A stretch of 43,472 nucleotides of DNA from an uncultured Candidatus Saccharibacteria bacterium (GCA_964397085.1 CAYNHH010000001.1:1-43472); one strand, 5' to 3'; positions 1-9,134 are shown, counted from the stretch's first letter. Made by a program: numbers and translations. The notes: a model not told the origin generated them from the letters alone.

Positions 1-130
1 CTCTGAATGAGCATGAATATTACTCGAATACCCCACGTGAGCCCCCTTCTCTTTGAGTATAGTCTTAAAATCTTTTAGACTTCAAGATTTACTATATTAG
101 ACCTGGTACATTGTGCTTGTCAATCATCAA

Positions 131-161
131 ATAAAAACCACCAATCTCTAGCAATTGGTGG
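131..161 (-). terminator. Rho-independent terminator ending the rnj transcription unit
   Basis: 8-bp stem CCACCAAT(138-145)/ATTGGTGG(154-161). On the minus strand it is followed by UUUUUAUUU (A-run 133-137 on +). Confidence 0.6.
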
Positions 162-366
162 CCAAGCCTAGCTATTGCACACTATCTTCAGAACAACTGC
201 TGCAATAGTTATGACTGCCCTTGCAAAAGTTGTTCGATTGCGCTCTCGCAAGTAGCACACGAGCCATGCATTCCGACAATCTGTCGACAATAACCGACCA
301 AGGATAACTCGTAAACTCTCTTATGATCTAGATTCTTCGGCGTACCCCAGAATGACACAGTCAGAA

Positions 367-395
367 GAGATCCTGAAATAAATTCAGGCTGACGG
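367..395 (+). repeat. Solo copy of the hairpin repeat that brackets the GIY-YIG gene
   Basis: gagatcctgaaataaattcaggctgacgg differs at 2 positions from 6966-6994. Internal stem ATCCTGAA/TTCAGGcT. Confidence 0.7.
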
Positions 396-450
396 GGAAA
401 GCTAAGGCAATAATACAACGAAGAAATTCGCGCTGTATATTGCCGAGTGA

Positions 451-2646
451 CTAGACTTCTATTACTACAGGCAACACAATTGGACTACGCTTTGTCACCT
501 TGTAGAGCAAGTTACTGAGCTCATCACGCATACGTGCTTTTACTATCGGTGAGTTGGGTGGAGTCTTAGGGTTGCGGTTAGCAAAGATATTTTTGACAAT
601 GGTACGTGAGCTGTTCAGTAACTCTTCATTGTCTTTCACATAGATAAACCCACGGCTAATAATATCTGGACTAGTCACAAGCTTACCAGTCTTACGATTG
701 ACAGTAGCAATTACCGTAAAGATGCCATCACTAGCCATGGCTAGTCGGTCTTTAAGTACTATGTCTTGCACATCACCAATACCACTACCGTCAATCAATA
801 CTGAGCCAGACTGTACGATTGGACCAAGCTTCACTGCTCCATCCATGGCCTCAAGTGTTTGACCATTCTCTATCACAAAGACATTTTCTGGTTTCACTAC
901 CCCACCACGCTTGGCAATCTCGGCATTGTGTACCATATGATGCACTTCACCGTGAATTGGTAAGTAATACTTTGGTCGTACCAAAGAAATCATCTCCTTC
1001 ACTTCTTCATAGTATGCATGACCAGATGTGTGCATAATTCCTAGATCATCAAAAGTTCTAGTAGCCTGTTGATACACGTAAGGTCCCCATCGAAATAGGT
1101 CATCTACCATACCCCATACTGACTTTTCGTTACCAGGAATAATCGAGCTTGAAAGTACCACTACATCTGAGGCCTTGAGCTTGATGTCTTTGTGCTCACC
1201 CTTGCCCATACGTACTAGGCCAGAGTTTTCTTCACCTTGGTGACCCGTGGTAAGTACTGCTACTTCACCATCCTGATATTTGCTGACATCAGCAGCCTTA
1301 ATAAGTAGACCCGGTGGTACTTTGACATACCCAAGCTTCACTGCTATTTCCATGTTACTCAGCAAACTTCGTCCAGCCAGTGCAAGCTTACGCTTAGCCT
1401 TGTGCGCAGCATCTACAAACACCTGAATACGATCTACTTGTGAAGCAAATGAGCTAATAATCACCCGCTTGTTGTAGTTACGAATAAATATCTCATCGAG
1501 AGTCTCAATAATCTCTTGTTCCGTTGGGCTCGTGCCCATGTTTTCACAGCTCGTACTATCACACATAAGCATAAGCACGCCTTCGTCACCAAGCTCTTTT
1601 AAGCGAGCCTTGTTGCTAGGCTTACCGCTCAGTGGATCGTCATCAAAACGCCAATCCCCAGTATTAATAAGTGTTCCCACTGGTGTATGAATAGCAATCG
1701 AGCAAGCGTCTGGGATAGAGTGCGTGATACGGATAAACTCAATACTAAATGCACCAAGCTGTATCTTTTCACCACTATCTTGGTCAACAGTGCGGATCTC
1801 TGGCTTGAAAGGCAACTTGTATTCTTCTAGTTGTCTTTCAATAAACTTGGCCGTAAAATTAGCTGCATATATTGGAGCTGGTAGCTTTGGCAAGATAAAT
1901 GGTATACCACCAACATGATCCATGTGAGCATGAGTAATCAAGTGAGCACGGATTTTGTGCTTTCGTTCTTCAAGATAAGTAGTATCAGGAATAATGTAAT
2001 CAATACCCGGTGTTTCTGGCCCAGGAAACATAAAGCCAATATCCATCACAATAATGTCGTTTTCGTACTCAAGCGCCATCATGTTCTTACCGATCTTATC
2101 TAGTCCACCAAGAGGAATAATCTTGAGCTTACCGGCATCTGTCTTGCTCATAGACACAGGCTTAGCTGTAGCCTTTACTTCTGTAGCACCTGGCTTACCA
2201 TTGGCATTAAAGCTACCTTCAGAAAATACTGCTGGGCCTCTATCGTATTTACGACGCTGAGCAAAGTTGTCACCGCCCCTACCTACACCGCGTGGGCCGC
2301 TTCCGCCGCCTTGTCGATTTTTGTTGTTGTTTCGAGAACGGTTTTGATTATTGCCATTGTGACTAGGCTTTTGCGTACCATTAGCTGCGGCAGCTTTGGC
2401 AGCAGTACCTGCTGGCATCAATTTTGGCGTAGGTGCTTTTGCGGTAGCTTTGGCAGCTGTGCCCGCTGGCATTAGCTTGGGAGTAGGTGCTTTTGCTACA
2501 GGAGCAGTCTCTTGTTTGGGCGCAGGCTTTTTAGCTGACATACCCAAATCTTGAGCAGTCAGTGGTCGGCTATTAAATTGTTTTTTATTGTTTGAATCCA
2601 TTAGTTTGTAATGATTTCTCCTTTGTTTTGTATCGAGTGGATACAA
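451..2646 (-). CDS. rnj: Ribonuclease J (metallo-beta-lactamase/beta-CASP) with a low-complexity N-terminal extension; start codon uncertain (ATG at 2601 is an alternative)
   Basis: 731-aa ORF with the HAHMDHVGG metal-binding motif and the beta-CASP architecture and length typical of RNase J. The first ~170 aa are K/A/P/G/N-rich. Confidence 0.9.
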   Translation of the reverse strand: MYPLDTKQRRNHYKLMDSNNKKQFNSRPLTAQDLGMSAKKPAPKQETAPVAKAPTPKLMPAGTAAKATAKAPTPKLMPAGTAAKAAAANGTQKPSHNGNNQNRSRNNNKNRQGGGSGPRGVGRGGDNFAQRRKYDRGPAVFSEGSFNANGKPGATEVKATAKPVSMSKTDAGKLKIIPLGGLDKIGKNMMALEYENDIIVMDIGFMFPGPETPGIDYIIPDTTYLEERKHKIRAHLITHAHMDHVGGIPFILPKLPAPIYAANFTAKFIERQLEEYKLPFKPEIRTVDQDSGEKIQLGAFSIEFIRITHSIPDACSIAIHTPVGTLINTGDWRFDDDPLSGKPSNKARLKELGDEGVLMLMCDSTSCENMGTSPTEQEIIETLDEIFIRNYNKRVIISSFASQVDRIQVFVDAAHKAKRKLALAGRSLLSNMEIAVKLGYVKVPPGLLIKAADVSKYQDGEVAVLTTGHQGEENSGLVRMGKGEHKDIKLKASDVVVLSSSIIPGNEKSVWGMVDDLFRWGPYVYQQATRTFDDLGIMHTSGHAYYEEVKEMISLVRPKYYLPIHGEVHHMVHNAEIAKRGGVVKPENVFVIENGQTLEAMDGAVKLGPIVQSGSVLIDGSGIGDVQDIVLKDRLAMASDGIFTVIATVNRKTGKLVTSPDIISRGFIYVKDNEELLNSSRTIVKNIFANRNPKTPPNSPIVKARMRDELSNLLYKVTKRSPIVLPVVIEV
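2386..2493 (-). repeat. In-frame 54-nt tandem duplication in the rnj N-terminal extension
   Basis: KAPTPKLMPAGTAAKATA followed directly by KAPTPKLMPAGTAAKAAA (residues 52-87). Confidence 0.85.
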
Positions 2647-2666
2647 GGGTTAATAATAATGACAAA

Positions 2667-2725
2667 TGTCATTTCGACCAAAGTGGAGAAATCTATGCGA
2701 TTCCTCGACTACGCTCGAGATGACA
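2667..2725. repeat. 59-nt imperfect palindromic intergenic element (REP-like)
   Basis: TGTCAT..ATGACA outer arms, TCGA/TCGA, and GTGGAGAAATC vs GATTCCTCGAC (9/11 complementary). It produces the spurious ORF start MSFRPKWRNL. Confidence 0.6.
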
Positions 2726-2738
2726 CGGTATCTATTGG

Positions 2739-3314
2739 TTAATTTTCAAGTTTTTGTAATATTGCAGGTATTTGGGCAAAATCTTCGAGTAGAGTTGAGC
2801 GCATACCACCGTTGTACAGGGCTGCTGCCGGATGATAGAGCGGCAAAAATACCATTCCAGATCTTCGGTATAGGTTTCCGTGTGCCTCTGATATCTTTAG
2901 CTCTGGTAAAAACACATTCATGCTGTGTCTACCCAAGAAAATTATCAGCTGTGGCTGAATGACCTTTATCTGTGCAAGAAGATATGGCAAGCATATTTTA
3001 ATCTCTTCAGCAGTAGGATCACGATTTTCTGGTGGTCTGAACTTCACTATATTGGTGACAAATACTTTGTCTCGGCTCAAGCCTATACTTTCTAGCATTT
3101 CATCAAGAAACTTACCGCTGGCACCCACAAATGGTCTACCGACTTTATCTTCTTGTGCGCCAGGTGCCTCACCTACAAACATAAGTTTGGAGTCTGGGTC
3201 ACCATCTCCCGGTACAGGATTGATACAACTTTTGGCGATTGCAAGCCCACACTGCCGAGAAATGATTTTCTCTGCAATACTATCTAATTTGGCTTGTTTC
3301 TCATCTGTTGTCAT
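2739..3314 (-). CDS. Uracil-DNA glycosylase, family 4
   Basis: GEAPGAQED motif A, PFVGASG, HPAAALY motif B, N-terminal Cys pair; 191 aa. Confidence 0.85.
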   Translation of the reverse strand: MTTDEKQAKLDSIAEKIISRQCGLAIAKSCINPVPGDGDPDSKLMFVGEAPGAQEDKVGRPFVGASGKFLDEMLESIGLSRDKVFVTNIVKFRPPENRDPTAEEIKICLPYLLAQIKVIQPQLIIFLGRHSMNVFLPELKISEAHGNLYRRSGMVFLPLYHPAAALYNGGMRSTLLEDFAQIPAILQKLEN

Positions 3315-3365
3315 TGCAAATCCCCAGTGATACCCCGAAAGCTCGGGGCACGGCTGGAGGCCTGA

Positions 3366-5507
3366 TTATTTATCAGCGAGTTTTTTGGACAAATTAAGTC
3401 TTCCTTTATCATCTATCTCAGTCAATTTTACCCTAAACTCATCACCTTCGCTCACTACATCATGTACATTCTCTACTCTCGCATCAGAGAATTGACTAAT
3501 ATGTACTAGTCCTTCTTTACCAGGCATTATCTCTACAAAGGCACCAAAGTCCATCACCCGTATTACCTTGCCATTGTAGGTTTTGCCTATCTCAGGCTCT
3601 TCAGTAATAGAAGCAATCCACACTTTGGCAGCATCGGCCTTAGCCTGATCCTCTGAATAGATAAGTATTAGGCCTGAATCTTCAATATCAATCTCCACAC
3701 CTGTCTCGGCAGTAATTTTCTGAATAGTTTCACCGCCCTTGCCAATTACTTCACGGATTTTATCAGGATTAATCGTAATCTTTGTAATACGTGGTGCATA
3801 CTGACTCACATCTGGTTTCGGCTCTGCAATCACCTCTAACATCTTCTCCATTATGTGCATTCTACTGTCTTTGGCTTGAGCTAGAGCAGCAGACATAATA
3901 CTTGGTGAGATACCTTTTACCTTGATGTCCATTTGTAATGCAGTAATACCGTCTTTGGTACCAGCTACTTTGAAGTCCATGTCACCGGCAAAATCTTCAG
4001 CATCTTGAATATCAGAGAGAATTACATGATTTTTAGGGTTTTCGTGGTCTATCATAAGACCCATTGCAATACCTGCAACAGGTGCAGTAATAGGCACACC
4101 CGCATCCATCAAGCTCATTGTACTACCACACACACTTGCCATAGAGGTAGAACCAGCACTACTCAGTAGCTCAGATACCACTCGAATAGTATATGGAAAG
4201 TCTTCTACTTCAGGTATTACTGGTACCAAGGCTTTTTCGGCCAAGTAGCCGTGCCCTACTTCTCGTCTACCTGGAGATCGTACCGGGCGAGCTTCCCCAG
4301 TGCTAAATGGTGGGAAATTATAGTGGTGCATGTACCGCTTGGTAGAGTCTTCTTCCATAGTATCAATGAGTTGAGCATCTGAGAGTGAGCCGAGTGTAGT
4401 AATAGTGAGTGCTTGAGTAGTGCCACGAGTAAAGACTGCAGATCCATGCGTACGTGGCAAGATACCAGCAGCACCAGAGATAGGTCGTACCTCAGTAGTC
4501 TCTCGATTGTCTGGACGTTTCTTATCTTCAAAGATTGCTCGGCGAATTTCACCGTCAATGATCTTTTCAAATGCTACCTTTACATCAGCGTGACTATAGC
4601 GTTCTTTACCATCATCAGCCACATCTTCTGAAAGAGTGCCAAAATCTTGCAATACCTGAGCTTCTAGCTCAGCAATGGCTTCGTGTCGAGCTTGTTTGTT
4701 CTCGTGTCGCACTCGCTCACCCAGCTGTTTTTCAAGACTTTTCTTAATCGTCTCATATGCATCAAGATTTGGTGTAAATAATTCAAATTCTATAGGTCTA
4801 ACAACCATCTTTTTAGCCAGCTCTTCTTGCAGGGCAATAACTGGTTGCCAGCTCTTCACTGCTAGCTCAAGTGCCTCAGTCAAAGTATCTTCTTTAGCTT
4901 CTTGTGCAGCACACTCCACCATCATAATTGCATCTTTTGTACCAGCCACAGTCAAGTTAAGATCACTCTTTTCTTGCTCTGGCACTGTTGGATTCACCAC
5001 CAGCTTGCCAGCAATTTGGCCTATGCGAGCAGCTGCCACTGGGCCATCGAATGGTGCGCCAGTCAGCATGAGGGCTGTACTTGCTGCAATTACAGCTACT
5101 ATATCTGGCTCGTGTTCTAAGTCAGCACTCAGTACTGTCACCATTACCTGTACATCATTGCGAAATCCTTTAGGAAAAAGCGGTCGAATAGGTCTATCGA
5201 TAAGACGACTTGTCAGTACGGCTTGATCAGATGGGCGACCTTCTCGCTTCATATAGCGACTACCAGAAATCTTACCACTAGCGTACATACGCTCTTCATA
5301 GTCTATAAGAAGTGGGAAAAAATCCGTTTCGGGCTTGGCCTTAGGTGCTACTACAGCAGTAGCAAGCACTACTGTGTCACCATATTGCACGGTCACAGCT
5401 CCGTCAGCTCGAAAGGCCAACTGGCCTGTTTCTATTGTAAGTTTTTTGCCTGCAAACTCAGTTTCTAACTTGAGTTGCTTGCCATCAAAAGGATGAATAA
5501 TATTCAT
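3366..5507 (-). CDS. pnp: Polynucleotide phosphorylase
   Basis: 713 aa with two RNase PH-like halves, a KH segment (GKGGETIQKI) and a C-terminal S1 domain (GKVIRVMDFGAFVEI). Confidence 0.95.
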   Translation of the reverse strand: MNIIHPFDGKQLKLETEFAGKKLTIETGQLAFRADGAVTVQYGDTVVLATAVVAPKAKPETDFFPLLIDYEERMYASGKISGSRYMKREGRPSDQAVLTSRLIDRPIRPLFPKGFRNDVQVMVTVLSADLEHEPDIVAVIAASTALMLTGAPFDGPVAAARIGQIAGKLVVNPTVPEQEKSDLNLTVAGTKDAIMMVECAAQEAKEDTLTEALELAVKSWQPVIALQEELAKKMVVRPIEFELFTPNLDAYETIKKSLEKQLGERVRHENKQARHEAIAELEAQVLQDFGTLSEDVADDGKERYSHADVKVAFEKIIDGEIRRAIFEDKKRPDNRETTEVRPISGAAGILPRTHGSAVFTRGTTQALTITTLGSLSDAQLIDTMEEDSTKRYMHHYNFPPFSTGEARPVRSPGRREVGHGYLAEKALVPVIPEVEDFPYTIRVVSELLSSAGSTSMASVCGSTMSLMDAGVPITAPVAGIAMGLMIDHENPKNHVILSDIQDAEDFAGDMDFKVAGTKDGITALQMDIKVKGISPSIMSAALAQAKDSRMHIMEKMLEVIAEPKPDVSQYAPRITKITINPDKIREVIGKGGETIQKITAETGVEIDIEDSGLILIYSEDQAKADAAKVWIASITEEPEIGKTYNGKVIRVMDFGAFVEIMPGKEGLVHISQFSDARVENVHDVVSEGDEFRVKLTEIDDKGRLNLSKKLADK

Positions 5508-5696
5508 ATTTATACCTGATATCTTTCTACTGTACCCATTTTATGAACGTTAGTTAGAGGGTTATACAATCACTGGTATCATTCAATTGAACAATTCTTG
5601 TGATCAAACAACTCTATCACCAACTTTGAGGGCAAGTATGTTATTCGTTATGCCAATATAATACTAAAATGTGCTACTTACATAGCGAGCAATGCA

Positions 5697-5963
5697 CTAA
5701 CGACGGAGTTTGAGTTTTTTGACAACAGCAGCGTAACGATCTGGAGATTTCTTCTGGAGGTAATCAAGCAGACGACGACGCTTACTTACCATGGCAAGTA
5801 GTCCACGACGACTGTGATTGTCTTTCTTGTGCTCTTTAAGATGCTCTGTTAATTCATTGATTTTTGAAGTAAACAAAGCTATCTGAACCTCAGCTGATCC
5901 AGTGTCTTTCTCGTGTAGAGAATGTGTTGTTATTACTTTCTTCTTTGTAGTCTTTGCTAGCAT
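5697..5963 (-). CDS. rpsO: 30S ribosomal protein S15
   Basis: 88 aa; [33 protein letters not shown] signature. Sits upstream of pnp as in many bacteria. Confidence 0.95.
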   Translation of the reverse strand: MLAKTTKKKVITTHSLHEKDTGSAEVQIALFTSKINELTEHLKEHKKDNHSRRGLLAMVSKRRRLLDYLQKKSPDRYAAVVKKLKLRR

Positions 5964-5995
5964 ATGATTACCTTATAGTAGCAGATTAGATCGAG

Positions 5996-6631
5996 TTACG
6001 CAAGTGTAATAGCGTCCTTCAAATCATTATTTCCAATTCTTGTGCGAATTATCTGAGTACAATACGCACCTGTGCCGAGTTTACTACCAATATCTTCTCC
6101 GAGAGAACGAATATATGTACCTGATGATACATCTGCCACTAATGTAAGATAAGGATACACATATTTTACTAGTTCCAATCTGTAAATAGTGACTTTTCTT
6201 GGTTGAATCTCTACTTTCTCTCCCCTACGCGCTCTTTTGTAGGCTCTCACGCCATCAATTTTAATAGCGCTATATTGAGGCGGAACCTGCTGTATCTCGC
6301 CTGTAAATGCCTCAAGTGCACTCAAGATAGCCTTTTTAGCGGGCTTTTCACTCGATACTACCGTCTTTTCACCTTCTTGGTCACCTGTATCTGAAGTTTC
6401 ACCCAATTTTAGAGTAAATTCATAAGTTTTATCTAGCTTGAGATAATTATCTGACTGTTTTGTGTAATCCTTGCCAACCAATATTATCAATAGCCCTTCT
6501 GCCTCAGGATCAAGGGTGCCAGCATGCCCTACTTTTTTGACACCACTAAGCCTGCGTACTTGAGCAACCATACTAAAGGAGCTACGCCCACGCGGCTTGT
6601 GTATTAAGATAATTCCTGGTCTAAATTCCAT
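5996..6631 (-). CDS. truB: tRNA pseudouridine(55) synthase TruB (short form)
   Basis: GHAGTLDPEAEGLL catalytic-Asp motif, PPQYSAIKIDG; 211 aa. Confidence 0.9.
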   Translation of the reverse strand: MEFRPGIILIHKPRGRSSFSMVAQVRRLSGVKKVGHAGTLDPEAEGLLIILVGKDYTKQSDNYLKLDKTYEFTLKLGETSDTGDQEGEKTVVSSEKPAKKAILSALEAFTGEIQQVPPQYSAIKIDGVRAYKRARRGEKVEIQPRKVTIYRLELVKYVYPYLTLVADVSSGTYIRSLGEDIGSKLGTGAYCTQIIRTRIGNNDLKDAITLA

Positions 6632-6642
6632 AGTTCCCTTTT

Positions 6643-6670
6643 CGTCATCCTGAATTTACTTCAGGATCTC
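6643..6670. repeat. Left arm of a perfect 28-bp inverted repeat flanking the GIY-YIG gene
   Basis: cgtcatcctgaatttacttcaggatctc is the exact reverse complement of 6966-6993. It overlaps the last 5 codons and the stop of the GIY-YIG ORF. Confidence 0.9.
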
Positions 6671-6952
6671 CCCATATAAATCATTGAAATTCGGATTTTC
6701 CTTTTTAATCTGATCAAACTTCCAATCTCGATGCCAATTCTTGATTTGTTTCTCTCTATTTATTGCATCTTCTGCGCTTGAAAGTACTTCAAAATACACA
6801 AGCTTATCTACATTATACTTACTTGTGAAGCCTAATACTAAATGACTTTTATGTTCATATATTCTTTTCACTAAATCGCTTGTGACACCAACATACAAAA
6901 CCGAGTTTGTTTTATTGGTGAGTATGTAGACATAATAATTATTCAGCTTCAT
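6656..6952 (-). CDS. GIY-YIG nuclease family protein (small, stand-alone)
   Basis: YYVYILTNKTNSVLYVGVTSDLVKRIYEHK matches the GIY..YIG..R..EH core; 98 aa. Confidence 0.85.
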   Translation of the reverse strand: MKLNNYYVYILTNKTNSVLYVGVTSDLVKRIYEHKSHLVLGFTSKYNVDKLVYFEVLSSAEDAINREKQIKNWHRDWKFDQIKKENPNFNDLYGEILK

Positions 6953-6965
6953 AGAATAAAAGATT

Positions 6966-6993
6966 GAGATCCTGAAGTAAATTCAGGATGACG
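6966..6993. repeat. Right arm of the perfect 28-bp inverted repeat flanking the GIY-YIG gene
   Basis: gagatcctgaagtaaattcaggatgacg. Each arm is itself a hairpin (ATCCTGAA/TTCAGGAT, 5-nt loop). Confidence 0.9.
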
Positions 6994-7074
6994 GACTGTA
7001 AATAGCCTAACAACAAAATTACACTGACAAGATTTGGCCGTTGATCATTCTTCCTTTAAAATCCCCTGCAGAAA

Positions 7075-8124
7075 CTACTGCTTCTGGCTGGGATTTTTGA
7101 ATTTTTTTGGGCTCTGCTCAACCTCACTTGTTGACTCTACTACTTCTTCAGCCTTGTCTTCGCTTATAACTTCGCCCGTTTCGGCATCTTTGACACCTTC
7201 TTGTGTGAGTTCTACACCTTTTTTGGCAAGTTTTTCGGCAATAGTCTCGGCTTTACCTGACTCTGATTTACTTGATTCAACTTTTGTCTTTGGGTCAGTT
7301 AGCTTTGGAGTTGGGCGAAATTCACCACTTGGAGTACTACCTGCAACAGAGCTCTGATTATTACTATTGTGACTAAATAGTGCCTGGACTATCTCTTGTT
7401 GCTTAGCACCACCACTCATCATCTGAGCAGCAATAGTCAGACTCTTAGCACTCGTATTTGGCGCAGTAAACCCTTCAGTATTACTCATAATACCGGTAAG
7501 AAGTGCAGTAGCCACATGATAATCAATCATACCTTGAGCTACTGACTCAATAATACCTACGAGCATTTCACACACGCTACTTGCCTGTGGCTCAATATAA
7601 TTCACACTACCGTATTGCTCGTTGCTTCTATGCGCATCAATATTTATCAGGTGTATACCATCAAATATGGTTGGGTTCTGTTCTAAAATTGAGTCAATTT
7701 TAGCTATCTGACTCACACCAAGTACAATTACTAGATCAAATTTGTATGCGCCATAATCAAAAGTTGCATCTTGAGCAGTAAAATTACCCGAAAACGGCGA
7801 TACTACTACTTCAATATTGTCTTCATTGACTTCATACCGTAGCTTATCTACCTCTACCTTGCTCGTATCAAGGCGAATCACAAAATCACGTATACCAGAT
7901 AGGTCACGGCTAATGTGTCGAACATCAAGTACCTTATTAGACTTAGGAAATTCACCAGTCATAATAGCGCTCACTTGCTTGCCAGCGCGTTCCAAAATAA
8001 GCTCGAGGGCAACCATAGCACCGAGCTGGTCATCATTAGGCTGTTTACCGGCCACAAGTAGTATGTGGTTGGCTTGTTTTATCAGTTCTACTGCTTGTTG
8101 TTTGGGGGTCAAATCTTGTTGCAT
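7075..8124 (-). CDS. DHH-family phosphoesterase (NrnA-like oligoribonuclease/pAp phosphatase) with a ~100-aa acidic/K-rich C-terminal tail
   Basis: DHH-type motif INIDAHRSN and a DHHA1-like region with SGGAK; 349 aa. The tail is low complexity (S/E/K/T). Confidence 0.75.
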   Translation of the reverse strand: MQQDLTPKQQAVELIKQANHILLVAGKQPNDDQLGAMVALELILERAGKQVSAIMTGEFPKSNKVLDVRHISRDLSGIRDFVIRLDTSKVEVDKLRYEVNEDNIEVVVSPFSGNFTAQDATFDYGAYKFDLVIVLGVSQIAKIDSILEQNPTIFDGIHLINIDAHRSNEQYGSVNYIEPQASSVCEMLVGIIESVAQGMIDYHVATALLTGIMSNTEGFTAPNTSAKSLTIAAQMMSGGAKQQEIVQALFSHNSNNQSSVAGSTPSGEFRPTPKLTDPKTKVESSKSESGKAETIAEKLAKKGVELTQEGVKDAETGEVISEDKAEEVVESTSEVEQSPKKFKNPSQKQ

Positions 8125-8162
8125 AAATGTGATATTTTGGTTAATAATCTAATTGATTGAGT

Positions 8163-8191
8163 ATTATACCAAACAGAAGTAGTATTGTCAA
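8163..8191 (-). promoter_or_regulatory. Consensus sigma70 promoter for the DHH phosphoesterase gene
   Basis: Minus strand reads TTGACA-N17-TATAAT (tgtcaa 8186-8191, attata 8163-8168). Confidence 0.6.
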
Positions 8192-8220
8192 GCTTATGAG
8201 TGGTTATATTTCTTTTGATA

Positions 8221-8253
8221 AATAAAAAGGTTATTAGATTTCTCTAATAACCT
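8221..8253 (-). terminator. Rho-independent terminator after the PNK-like kinase gene
   Basis: 11-bp stem AGGTTATTAGA/TCTAATAACCT (8228-8253), followed on the minus strand by UUUUUAUU. Confidence 0.7.
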
Positions 8254-8270
8254 TAGGTAGTAATTGCAAA

Positions 8271-8753
8271 TCAGGTCAAAGCAAACGTAGGCACATACAG
8301 CTGGTCAAAGCCTTCGTACACGCGCGGCGGGTCAGCCAACAAAGCATGATGCATGCGCTCCATACTAGTCTGTGGCACCTTGCGATCACGTTTGGCAATC
8401 CGCTCAAGACACACCTCAAGCGGTGTCTGCATCCAGACCCCCTTGATGAAGCCATCAGGCCCCATCACAGAGCGCAAGAACTCCAGTAGCCCAACTCTAT
8501 CGAGCTTCTTGGCATTGGTGGCATCAAAAACCAACACCTTACCATCTTGCAAAGCCTTCTCTGCCCGATCGTAAGCCAGCTTCCAGACCTCCGCGTTCTT
8601 GCTCTGGTCACCAGCATTACCGGTGAGCTCAGCACGAATGTCATCAGGACAGACCACGCACTTGTTCTGTGTGCGAGCCAACTGGTACTTGATGTAGTCA
8701 GACTTGCCAGATGCAGGAATGCCAATCATCACGATTGCACGCATTACCGACAT
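8271..8753 (-). CDS. P-loop kinase resembling the kinase domain of polynucleotide 5'-kinases (AAA_33-like)
   Basis: Walker A GIPASGKS, a downstream PDDIRAEL segment (catalytic-Asp position of T4 Pnk-type kinases), DATN, and RD/R lid residues. Strong SD AAGGAG 4 nt before the ATG at 8753. GC-richer than its flanks. Confidence 0.55.
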   Translation of the reverse strand: MSVMRAIVMIGIPASGKSDYIKYQLARTQNKCVVCPDDIRAELTGNAGDQSKNAEVWKLAYDRAEKALQDGKVLVFDATNAKKLDRVGLLEFLRSVMGPDGFIKGVWMQTPLEVCLERIAKRDRKVPQTSMERMHHALLADPPRVYEGFDQLYVPTFALT

Positions 8754-8820
8754 GTTTCTCCTTGGTTGTGAGGTGCGAATGGGTTTGATCAACTTGATCA
8801 ACGACGTACTACAATAGCAT

Positions 8821-8848
8821 AACTTCTTGAAAAAGAGAAGTTTTTTTT
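8821..8848 (+). terminator. Orphan plus-orientation terminator-like hairpin
   Basis: AACTTCT/AGAAGTT stem followed by a T8 run. No plus-strand gene lies upstream, so its function is unclear. Confidence 0.35.
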
Positions 8849-8934
8849 ACTTTCCCGAACAGAATCGATTCATTCGAATAAACTCTGGTCGGGCCCCGAC
8901 CTACCGGTAAAGATAGGTCAGAGCAGTGGTGAGA

Positions 8935-9066
8935 CTAACGATGACGCCAAGTAGGCACCACCCCAGCCTCCTCGAGCTCTTCGTCAGACATACACCCGAT
9001 GAAGATCATGACAACGAACATTGCGATCAGCACAATCAGTGCTGCTACAACAAAAACGATTGCCAT
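8935..9066 (-). CDS. Possible 43-aa single-TM peptide (weak call)
   Basis: MAIVFVVAALIVLIAMFVVMIFIG then an acidic tail. The start codon lies inside the hairpin 9065-9085, and the longer track ORF overlaps ssrA. Confidence 0.2.
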   Translation of the reverse strand: MAIVFVVAALIVLIAMFVVMIFIGCMSDEELEEAGVVPTWRHR

Positions 9067-9085
9067 ATGAACCCCCAGTTCATAT
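9065..9085 (-). terminator. Hairpin about 50 nt downstream of the ssrA 3' end (possible terminator)
   Basis: ATATGAAC/GTTCATAT 8-bp stem with a 5-nt loop. The U-run is displaced by 8 nt. Confidence 0.35.
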
Positions 9086-9134
9086 ATGGATTTGGATGGT
9101 CTCCTGTCTACCCTCTCGAGTAGAAAGGAAAAAA

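Noticed and set aside
209-418. 69-aa minus-strand ORF between rnj and the terminator at 131-161.
   Set aside because: It translates the solo hairpin repeat (..RQPEFISGS..) and has no SD. The region may be a 3' UTR or a small RNA, but I could not match it to RNase P, SRP or 6S signatures. It is left unannotated.
4675-5226. Long antisense ORFs inside confirmed genes, for example 4675..5226 and 4256..4570 in pnp, 2959..3330 in UDG, 7817..8152 in the nrnA-like gene, 14011..14562, 23601..23903 in polA, and 27610..28158 and 26989..27426 in the island genes.
   Set aside because: They lie opposite ORFs with clear family signatures. They have skewed S/L/R/C-rich composition and lack promoters or SDs, so they are shadow ORFs.
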